From assembly GCA_035063585.1 (NCBI GenBank), contig JAPSGB010000026.1, positions 1 to 64,000 on the forward strand: a stretch of 64,000 nucleotides of DNA. Reading direction: 5' to 3'. Shown piece after piece: positions 56,725 through 64,000 of this stretch. Position 1 is the stretch's first letter, and every line of letters begins with the position of its first letter. The notes under the pieces are model-generated. The model was not told where the DNA came from. It was given only the letters and a program-made list of their open reading frames with translations, and made no database searches. Source of the stretch: Polyangiaceae bacterium. Its GTDB lineage: Bacteria; Myxococcota_A; Polyangia; Polyangiales; Polyangiaceae. The position numbers and the translations under genes were made by a program.

Positions 56725-58803
56725 TCAGGGCTCGAGGGACTTCGCGCAGCGAAACCCGACCCCGTGGCTCTGGAGCTCCGGGCCGCGCGCGAAGCGGTAG
56801 GCCGGGGTGAGCCAGCTCGGATCGCTGCCGTTGAAGGCCCCGCCGCGCATCACGCGCTGCTCACCCGACTCGGGCCCCTTCGGGTTCGTTTGGCGAGCGG
56901 AGGTGTACGGGCCGTACCAGTCGGCGGTCCACTCCCAGACGTTGCCCGCCATGTCGAAGGGCCCGAAGCGCGATTTCCCCTTGGGAAACTTCCCCACGGG
57001 AGCGGTGGTCGCGTAGCCGTCGTCCTCCGGGTAGAGCGCCTCCTGGTCGAGGCGGTGCGCGCGAGCCCAGGCGACACACTCCGCGCCGCAGGCGTTCGCG
57101 TGCTTCGCGGTCGGCGGCTCGTCGCCCCAGGGGTAGACGCGTCCGTCCGGTCCCCGGCTCGCGTACTCCCACTCCGCCTCGGTCGGCAGCCGCTTATCGT
57201 GCATTTTGCAGTAGTTGTCCGCCATCGACCACGGCACGCAGTTGATCGGGTGGTCGCCTCGAGCCTCCGCGTCGATGTTACAGAGCGGGCTGAAGAGCTT
57301 GCGCTGCGCTTCGGTGATGTTCGGCCAGTCCACCTCGGAGGGCGCGCGCCGGCACTTTCCGATCTCCGAGCAGGCCTTGTACTCGCGGGCGGTCACCTCG
57401 TGCAGATCCAGGCAGAACCCGTCGAGCTTCACGTTGTGCGGCGGCTTCTCGTCGTCGCGCGCGTCGCGCGCGTCGGAGCCCATGAAGAACTGACCCGCTG
57501 GGATCGCCACCATCCCCTCGGGGCAGGTGGGTCGGGGCGGCGCGGAAGCGCTCGGGGCGACCGTCGCGCTCGACGGCGCGCTCGCGTTGCGCGGGGGCGG
57601 AGCGGTGCCCGAGCCGCGCAGCACGAGCACCGCGGCGCCGCCCGCGGCCGCGGCCGCGAGCACGGCGAGGGTCACCCAGAGCCCGGTGCGTCGCGGCGGG
57701 AGCGGCGTGCCGACCGAGGCGGTCGACGGTGCGCCGGTGCGCTCGTGTCCCGGCGCGGCGAGCGTGGCGGCGTCGGCCGCCGACGAGGGGCTCCTCGACG
57801 ACGACGGGACGAGCGACGGGGACGCGCTCGAGGGCGCCAGCATGGTGTCGAGGTTCCCGAAATGGCTCGCGCCGCCGCTCGCCTCCTCGAGCGCCGTCCA
57901 GAACTCGCGCGCGCTCCCGTAGCGCTCGGGAGGGTTCGGCGCGAGCGCCTTCAGGAACACCGCCTCGACGGCGTCGGGCAGCACCGCTCCGTGCGAGCGC
58001 GGCGAGGGGCGCCGGGCCGGATTTCCCGAGGCGAAGCCGAGCTGGACGACGTCCTCGCCGTCGAGCGCCGGCCCGCCCGAGAGCAGCTCGACCGCGACCA
58101 AGGCGAGCGCGAAGACGTCCGTCCACGGGCCGGTCGCGCCGTAGCTCCGGCTGAATTGCTCGGGGGCGCCGTACTGCGGCGTGAACGAGGTGATGCTCGT
58201 CCCGGTCTTGGCGATGGCGGCGGCGACCCGGGTGTTCTCCGTCATCATCTTGGCGACCCCGAAGTCGAGGAGCTTCACGGTCGCACCGGGTGAGCGCGCG
58301 CCGCCGAGGACGAACAGGTTCGCCGGCTTGATGTCGCGGTGCGCGATCCCGCGCTTGTGGGCGATCTCGAGCGCGGCCGCGACCGGGGCGAGGAAGCGGA
58401 CCACCTCGTCGAGCGACCACGGCGGCGTCCCGGCGGCGTGCTCTCGCTCGAGCAGGACGTCGAGCGACGCGCCGTCGAGCCACTCGAGCACCATGAACGG
58501 CATCCACTGGCCCGCCGGTGTGGTGCAGGTGCCGATGTCGCGGGCCTGGACGATGTTCGCCGTCTGGCTCGACAGCTCGGTGAGGAGCGCACCCTCGTTG
58601 ATGAACGACTGCTGGAGCTGGCCGCGCTGCTCCACGGGCGCGGAGGAGAGCCCGCTGAAGAACTTGATGGCGACCGGCTTGCCCCAGATCGTGTGCTGCG
58701 CGCGGTACACGACCGCGAACCCGCCCTCGCCGACCAGCTCCTCGATGAGGTACTTGTCGGCGATCGTCTGTCCTATGAGCTCGAGCGGGTCGTATGAAGC
58801 CAT
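56725..58803 (-). CDS. Ser/Thr kinase - TM - formylglycine-generating-enzyme (SUMF1) domain protein
   Basis: GEGGF, HRDIKPAN, DFG, APE; TM; F.MGS, EVT, RLPTEAEWEYA, DMAGNVWEW, RGG, GFRC. Confidence 0.93.
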   Translation of the reverse strand: MASYDPLELIGQTIADKYLIEELVGEGGFAVVYRAQHTIWGKPVAIKFFSGLSSAPVEQRGQLQQSFINEGALLTELSSQTANIVQARDIGTCTTPAGQWMPFMVLEWLDGASLDVLLEREHAAGTPPWSLDEVVRFLAPVAAALEIAHKRGIAHRDIKPANLFVLGGARSPGATVKLLDFGVAKMMTENTRVAAAIAKTGTSITSFTPQYGAPEQFSRSYGATGPWTDVFALALVAVELLSGGPALDGEDVVQLGFASGNPARRPSPRSHGAVLPDAVEAVFLKALAPNPPERYGSAREFWTALEEASGGASHFGNLDTMLAPSSASPSLVPSSSRSPSSAADAATLAAPGHERTGAPSTASVGTPLPPRRTGLWVTLAVLAAAAAGGAAVLVLRGSGTAPPPRNASAPSSATVAPSASAPPRPTCPEGMVAIPAGQFFMGSDARDARDDEKPPHNVKLDGFCLDLHEVTAREYKACSEIGKCRRAPSEVDWPNITEAQRKLFSPLCNIDAEARGDHPINCVPWSMADNYCKMHDKRLPTEAEWEYASRGPDGRVYPWGDEPPTAKHANACGAECVAWARAHRLDQEALYPEDDGYATTAPVGKFPKGKSRFGPFDMAGNVWEWTADWYGPYTSARQTNPKGPESGEQRVMRGGAFNGSDPSWLTPAYRFARGPELQSHGVGFRCAKSLEP

Positions 58804-58822
58804 CGTGGCCAGATCCTCCTCA

Positions 58823-59626
58823 TCAGGGCTCCGAGCCGCGGAGCGCGCCGCGCTCGGCCAGGTCGGCGAGGACGCGCGCGGTCCCCTCGAGCACCGCGTC
58901 GTCCAGCGGGTGGCCGGCGGCCTGGCACGCCTCGCCGAGCGCCTCGCCGAGCGGCAGCCGGCGCTCGCGGAGGCGCTCGAGGAGCTCGGCCGCGAGCGGG
59001 GTGAGCTCGAGGTAGCGGACCTCGTGCGCGGCGCTTCGATACACGAAGAGCGCGGTCGGGCGGCGCGCGGGGACGGTGCGATCCTCGTCGTCGTCGAGCA
59101 GCTCGTGGACCGCGTGGTCGTAACGCACCACGCGAGACGCCTCGATGAACACCGCGCGACGCTCGAGCGCGAGCTCCTCGCGGGCCGGCGCGGGCGGCGC
59201 GGCGGGCATCGCGCCGATCTCGATTTGCACCGACTCGTGCCGCGCGAGATCGAGTGCCCAGGCCGGCACGCGCGCGTCCTCCCGCCACGCGGGCGCGCAC
59301 CACTCGAGGAGCTCACGGGTCACGTCGCGCAGGTAGCGCGTGCGCGGCGCGCGCTCGGCGAGGAAGCGCGCGAAATACTCCTCGAACACCGGCCCGAGGC
59401 GGGCCATGGTCCGCGGGATGGCCTGTTCGAGCGCGCTCCAGAGGTTCGCGCGGACCAGGCGCCGATAGATCATGAGTCGCGCGAGGCCGCCGTCGGTGAG
59501 CGCCTCGGCGTCGACGCCGGCCGCGCCGCACCGGCCAAGAAAGTCGGCTACGGCCTTCGGATCTCCGAGCTCGAGCTCGGGGCCGAGCGTGAGCTCCGCG
59601 AGCACTCGCTCAAGCGCCGCTTGCAC
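58823..59626 (-). CDS. DUF2063 (HvfC/BufC-like) MNIO partner protein
   Basis: RL.IYRRLV..NL...L....PRT, DLARHE, lies directly after DUF692. Confidence 0.85.
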   Translation of the reverse strand: MQAALERVLAELTLGPELELGDPKAVADFLGRCGAAGVDAEALTDGGLARLMIYRRLVRANLWSALEQAIPRTMARLGPVFEEYFARFLAERAPRTRYLRDVTRELLEWCAPAWREDARVPAWALDLARHESVQIEIGAMPAAPPAPAREELALERRAVFIEASRVVRYDHAVHELLDDDEDRTVPARRPTALFVYRSAAHEVRYLELTPLAAELLERLRERRLPLGEALGEACQAAGHPLDDAVLEGTARVLADLAERGALRGSEP

Positions 59627-60461
59627 GGCATGCTCCCGGCGCGGCGGTGGCGCGCTCGTAGATGACGGTGAGCCGCTCCACCTCGGCGAGCAGCTCGGTC
59701 AAGGGTGGGATGGCGTGATCGCGCTCGAGCAGCACCGGCCTCGGCCCGGTGCGCTCGAGCGTCCACTCGAGCAGCTCGTAGACCGGATCGGCGACCGGCG
59801 CGCCGTGCGTGTCGAGGACCAGCCCGCTCGGGAGCCGGGTGTGCCCGGCGACGTGGAGCTCCACGACCCGCTCGAGCGGCAGCGCGGCGATGAGCTCGCG
59901 GGGATCGTAGCCGTGATTCAGACCGTTCACGTAGGCGTTGTTCACGTCGAGCAGGAGCCCCGCCTGGCTCCGCTCCAGCACTTCCACCAGGAACTCGGCT
60001 TCGCTCATCTCGGCGCGGCCCGGGTGCGCGTAGTAGGAGATGTTCTCGAACGCCATCGGCCGGCCGAGCGCGTCCTCCACCGCGCGCACCCGATCGGCGA
60101 CGCGGCGCGCGTTCTCTCGGCAGAACTTCAGCGGCAAGAGCTCGTGGAGCACGCGCTCGCCGGCGGTCGAGAAGCAGAGGTGGTCGGAGTGCCACGGGGA
60201 GCCGAGCCGCTCGAGCTCGCGGCGGAGCTCGCGGAGGTAGCTCGCCTCAGGAGGGTCGATGGCGCCGAGCGACATCGTGAGGCCGTGAGTCACGATCGGG
60301 TACCGAGCGGCGATCTGCTCGAGCGCCGCGGGGAAGTAGCCTCCGCGGCGCATGTAGTTCTCGGGTGAGACCTCGAAGAAGGCGAGGTCGAGCGGCGGGC
60401 CCTCGAGGACCTCTTCGAGGAACTCCCACCGGAGGCCGAGCCCGAGCCCGTTCGGCACCAC
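59610..60461 (-). CDS. DUF692 multinuclear non-heme iron oxidative enzyme (MNIO)
   Basis: GLGLR, EVSPENY, HGL.MSLG, SDHLCF, ENISYY, LLDVNN.YVN, HVAGH, DTHG, LLERD. Confidence 0.95.
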   Translation of the reverse strand: MVPNGLGLGLRWEFLEEVLEGPPLDLAFFEVSPENYMRRGGYFPAALEQIAARYPIVTHGLTMSLGAIDPPEASYLRELRRELERLGSPWHSDHLCFSTAGERVLHELLPLKFCRENARRVADRVRAVEDALGRPMAFENISYYAHPGRAEMSEAEFLVEVLERSQAGLLLDVNNAYVNGLNHGYDPRELIAALPLERVVELHVAGHTRLPSGLVLDTHGAPVADPVYELLEWTLERTGPRPVLLERDHAIPPLTELLAEVERLTVIYERATAAPGACRASGA

Positions 60462-60463
60462 GG

Positions 60464-60925
60464 TCAGGCGCAGGTCCCCGCGCCGCAGGAGCCCTTCGCG
60501 CCGCGAGCTCGCTTGTGCGACGTGGCGCGCCGCTTCGGTCGAGCCTGCTTCGGCTGGTCGGGCTTCGAGGAGGGCGCGGGCGCCTGCACGGCGGCGGCGC
60601 CGGGCTCGGTCGTCTTGGGTGACTCGGCGTCGTTCTTTTCGCCCGCGCCGTCGGGCGTCGCGGGGTCGTCCGCCGCGGCGCCGCAGCTCGCTTGCCCGCT
60701 GGCGCCGCAGCTCGCCTGCTTGTCGCCGGCGCCGCAGCTCGCTGGCTTGTCGGTGGCGCCGCAGCTCGCCTGCGCGCTCCCGTCGTCGGGCGCGGCGGCG
60801 GCCGGAACCTCCTTCGCGCCCACCGGGCTCGCCGCCGGCTGGCTCGTGGCGCAGCCGGCCACGCCGGTGGCTCCCAGGGTGGCGAGGGTCGCGGCGATCG
60901 CTGCGAAAGAAAGCTTCTGGCTCAT
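60464..60925 (-). CDS. putative RiPP precursor lipoprotein (4x ASCGA + terminal SCGAGTCA)
   Basis: SD AGGAGG, ATG 60925, lipobox VAGC25, stop 2 nt before the DUF692 start. Confidence 0.88.
   Translation of the reverse strand: MSQKLSFAAIAATLATLGATGVAGCATSQPAASPVGAKEVPAAAAPDDGSAQASCGATDKPASCGAGDKQASCGASGQASCGAAADDPATPDGAGEKNDAESPKTTEPGAAAVQAPAPSSKPDQPKQARPKRRATSHKRARGAKGSCGAGTCA
60677..60769. repeat. four identical 15-mers ggcgccgcagctcgc encoding ASCGA
   Basis: Copies start at 60677, 60701, 60728 and 60755. Confidence 0.95.
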
Positions 60926-60948
60926 CGGGTTCCTCCTGACCTCAGACG

Positions 60949-60974
60949 TACGACCGAGCCGGCCGCGGGTTTCA
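60949..60974 (-). promoter_or_regulatory. ECF sigma-type promoter TGAAAC-N16-CGTA
   Basis: Read on the minus strand, 24 nt upstream of the precursor ATG. Confidence 0.65.
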
Positions 60975-61859
60975 TCATCGCGCAATTTCCGGGCGCGCCG
61001 CCAGCTCGAGCGACACTCGAGCGCTCTTTCCGACCTGCACGCCGAGCAGCTTCGCGTCCTCCGCGAGGCTGACGCCAGCCGCATTTCTCGGCTTGATATC
61101 GTGGACCTGGAGCGGGATGACGATGGGCGCGCGGGTCTCGATGACCAGCCGCTCGGGGATCGCGGACGCCTCCGCGCGCGCCGCGTACTCGAAGAGCGCT
61201 CGGAGCCTGACGTCGTGTCGCACGCGGAAGCCGTGGAGCTCGAGCTCGCCGGTCGCGGTGAGGTCCACCGCGCGGATCTCGGCGGGGCTCGGCGGCGCTG
61301 CGTCGCCGCCGTCCGCGCCGCCGCCCTCGGGCGCGCGCGGCTCGGCGTCGCGCGGCTCGGGCGGCGACCGCACGACCCGCCCCTGGTGGGCCGCGAGCGC
61401 GCTCGGCTGTTCGATGGAGAGGATGGTGAAGCGCGCCCAGCGCAGGCGCTCGCGAACCGCCTCCGGGCGGTCGGCGCCCACGTCGAGCCACGCCTGCGCG
61501 GCCTGGCTTCGCTGCGCGGTGACGCCCGCGTCGGCGGCGTCGTCACCGAGCATGGTGATCGAGGCGACGTCGAGCTCGACGGTGCCGCGCGTCTTCGACA
61601 AGTCGAGCAGATCCACCGTGAGCCGGCCGCGCGCGACTCGGAGCTCGCCCTGCGGCGTCGCCTCGCGGGCCGGCAGCTCGAAGCGAGCGCGGCCGCGCGT
61701 CTCGATCGTGAACGCGACGGTTCGTGAGGCGCGCGCAGCGACGCTCGCGGTCGGCGTGGCCCGCCAGGGCGCGGTGCGCGCGGGGGCGGGCCCCGGGTCG
61801 TCGGGTCGCGAGCAAGCGGAGAGAGAGAGCACGACGGCGAGGAGGACGGCGCGGCGCAT
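60975..61859 (-). CDS. YceI-like lipoprotein
   Basis: Lipobox LSAC, G.L.VDL.DL..TRG.VELDVASI, ARFTI, ATGELELHG. Confidence 0.7.
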   Translation of the reverse strand: MRRAVLLAVVLSLSACSRPDDPGPAPARTAPWRATPTASVAARASRTVAFTIETRGRARFELPAREATPQGELRVARGRLTVDLLDLSKTRGTVELDVASITMLGDDAADAGVTAQRSQAAQAWLDVGADRPEAVRERLRWARFTILSIEQPSALAAHQGRVVRSPPEPRDAEPRAPEGGGADGGDAAPPSPAEIRAVDLTATGELELHGFRVRHDVRLRALFEYAARAEASAIPERLVIETRAPIVIPLQVHDIKPRNAAGVSLAEDAKLLGVQVGKSARVSLELAARPEIAR

Positions 61860-61959
61860 CGCTCCCATCCATGCCACGCGCGGGGCCCGCGGGAGAAGCG
61901 CGAAGGCGGCCGCTCACGGGCTCGGGCGCGGGCCGCGCGGTTCGGCGCGCCCGCCAGGC

Positions 61960-63444
61960 TCAGCGCCAGGTCCCGATCGCGACGCTCCAGCCGGAGTAGC
62001 GCGCAGCCCGGTCGAACGCCCCGGAGATGCGCCAGGCGGTGCCCTCGCCGAAGAGCCCGAACACCGTCCAGGAGAAGAGGCGCGCGTCGAGACCGACCGT
62101 GCCGTGCAGTCTCGCGGCCGCGCGTGGCGTCGAGAAGCGCGTCGGCTCGTAGTAGGTGCCGGCTCTGATCCCGACCCAGCCCGGGACCACCTCGCTCTCG
62201 ACCGCGAAGCGCGGGGTGAGGCTCCCCGTCTCGCCGGAGCGCTCCACCCGCTGCGTGAGGAACGACTCGACGCCGACGCCGTCGGCCACCTTGCCGCTCA
62301 CGGTGAGTGAGCCGGTGAGCAGCACGCGAAACCGACCCGCCGCGCGGTATCGCGCGACGAGCGCCGCTCGCACCTCCCGCTCGGCGCGCTCGAGCTCGAG
62401 GCGATCGCGCGCCTCGGCGGCGCGGTCGTCGGCCTCGAGGGCTCGTCGGGCGGCGCTCGAAGGGGCAGCGCGCCGGAGCTGATACGCGGCTCTTCGCGCG
62501 CGCTCTCGCGCGCGCCAGGCGAGGTAGCGGCGCTTCTGTTCGAGCAACTCGGCGGGGTCGAGGAAGCGCGGGTTGAAGGGGCGTGGGCCGAGCTGGACGG
62601 CGAGCCCGAAGCTCACGTCCCAGGGGAGCGCGACCGCCCGCGGCAGGTAGAGCGCGGAGCCGCTCGCCGGGTCGCCGAGCACGCGATCGCCGGCTGCGTC
62701 GGGCGCCCGACCGGTGAAGGTGTCGGCGCCGATGAGCTCCGACCGGAGCGAGACGCCGATGCGGAACGGCTGATCGTTCGGGCGCACGAGCAGACCCCCC
62801 TCGAAGGCCGCGCCGGTGGTGCCGAACAGCGCGTCGCCCGAGTTGCGGTCGGTGACCGCGAGGTTCGAGAAGCGCGCGCCGCCGCCCACGACGACCTGCC
62901 CCTCGCTCATCGCGCGCGCGACCAAGAGGTGCCCGGTGACGAACTCCACGCCCAGGCGCGTCACCTCGGTGGAGGTCGGAGCGGTCCGGTCGATGGCGTA
63001 GGTCTGCCCGTTGATGGTGACGCCGAACCCCCACGGCCCGATCTGCAGGTTGCCGGACAGATCCAGGAAGAGGAAGCTCCCCGTGTCGGTCTGTCCGAGG
63101 TTGGTCCCGGGCACGCCGGTGTTGAAGAAGTCGGTGTGCGCGATGGCGCTCGGGTAGGTCAAGCCGAGCCCCGCGTCCCAGTCGACGTGCGCGAACGAGT
63201 CGGCCGCGCGCACCGCCGGTGCGGCAGGGTTCTGGGAGTTGCCGTCGGTGCCTTCCGCGATGGCGACGTAGGCGCCGGCGAGTCCGACCACCCGCGTCCC
63301 GGCGAGCACCGGCCCCTCGGAGAGGTCTACCGCGTACGCGCTGGTGGTGATGGGAGCGCCGTTCGGTCCGATGGGACCGCCCGCGCGCGCCGGCCGAGCG
63401 AACACCGCGAGCGCGGCGGCGACGGCGACCGCGCGCCACCTCAT
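61960..63444 (-). CDS. outer-membrane beta-barrel protein (FadL/PorV-like)
   Basis: Signal peptide, GLAGAYVAIAEG...NPAA, alternating strands. ATGA overlap with the upstream gene. Confidence 0.65.
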   Translation of the reverse strand: MRWRAVAVAAALAVFARPARAGGPIGPNGAPITTSAYAVDLSEGPVLAGTRVVGLAGAYVAIAEGTDGNSQNPAAPAVRAADSFAHVDWDAGLGLTYPSAIAHTDFFNTGVPGTNLGQTDTGSFLFLDLSGNLQIGPWGFGVTINGQTYAIDRTAPTSTEVTRLGVEFVTGHLLVARAMSEGQVVVGGGARFSNLAVTDRNSGDALFGTTGAAFEGGLLVRPNDQPFRIGVSLRSELIGADTFTGRAPDAAGDRVLGDPASGSALYLPRAVALPWDVSFGLAVQLGPRPFNPRFLDPAELLEQKRRYLAWRARERARRAAYQLRRAAPSSAARRALEADDRAAEARDRLELERAEREVRAALVARYRAAGRFRVLLTGSLTVSGKVADGVGVESFLTQRVERSGETGSLTPRFAVESEVVPGWVGIRAGTYYEPTRFSTPRAAARLHGTVGLDARLFSWTVFGLFGEGTAWRISGAFDRAARYSGWSVAIGTWR

Positions 63445-64000
63445 CGCGGGCTTCGCGCCATGCGGAGCTCGGTTCGGATGACGCTCACCAGGATGCCGGC
63501 CGCCCCGAGCGAGAAGACGATGAGCATGGGCCCGACCCAGCCGGCGAGCGCCGCGAGGAAGGTCAGCAGCACGAAGGTGTCCCGCTTGAAGAGCGGACCG
63601 ATGGTCGCCAGCGGCCCGGTCCCGCTGGTGGTGCTCTGGCTGAGCGGATACTTCAGCAGATCGCCCGACCCGATGCGGATCAGATACGCGTACTCGATCC
63701 CGCTCGTGATGATGCCGCACGCGATCATCACGGTGCCGGCCACGAGGTACGGCGTGGAGCCGAGCCCGAGCGCGGCGCCGGCGAAGAAGCCGTAGTTGGT
63801 GAGATCGTCCCCGATCGTGTCGAGCCACTCGCCCGCCAGCGAGCCGCGGTGGGTCACCCGGCTCACCTCGCCGTCGCAGCCGTCGAGCACGCTCTGCATC
63901 TGAAAAAGGAACGCCCCGAGCGCGAGGTTCGCGTAGCCGCCGCGCGAGGCCAGGATGGCTCCGGCGACCCCGACCCCGAGGATCGCGACCGAGATCTGGT
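63441..64000 (-). CDS. CDP-alcohol phosphatidyltransferase family protein (5' part lies outside the window)
   Basis: DGCDGEVSR...GEWLDTIGD matches the DxxDGxxAR...GxxxDxxxD signature. Confidence 0.88.
   Translation of the reverse strand, partial: QISVAILGVGVAGAILASRGGYANLALGAFLFQMQSVLDGCDGEVSRVTHRGSLAGEWLDTIGDDLTNYGFFAGAALGLGSTPYLVAGTVMIACGIITSGIEYAYLIRIGSGDLLKYPLSQSTTSGTGPLATIGPLFKRDTFVLLTFLAALAGWVGPMLIVFSLGAAGILVSVIRTELRMARSPR

Noticed and set aside
56725..56960. FGE/C-type-lectin C-terminus as a diversity-generating retroelement target
   Set aside because: I saw no template repeat and no reverse transcriptase in the window.

Overview
This is a very GC-rich, gene-dense bacterial chromosome segment. 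Lipoboxes, a MYXO-CTERM tail, many Hanks kinase/FHA genes and Cys-rich secreted proteins point to Myxococcota, probably Polyangiaceae-like (inference). I can support about 48 CDS and saw no tRNA, rRNA or CRISPR array. The strongest candidate for a new system is at 58.8-61.0 kb on the minus strand. It is a DUF692 (MNIO) plus DUF2063 RiPP locus whose precursor is hidden inside a spurious long ORF. The precursor is a 153-aa lipoprotein with four ASCGA repeats and a C-terminal SCGAGTCA, behind a TGAAAC-N16-CGTA ECF-type promoter. Other highlights: (1) an 8-bp tandem repeat that puts a secreted trypsin-like protease out of frame, next to a dead ISAs1; (2) rplC and rplS both outside their usual operons, with rplC leading an RluA-methyltransferase fusion and rlmE; (3) a lipoprotein plus GH25 lysozyme cassette bounded by a 53-bp direct repeat; (4) a NarX-like sensor kinase with no phospho-accepting His; (5) an FHA/vWA/PP2C/ABC phospho-Thr operon. 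All calls come from motif recognition by eye; no database searches were run.
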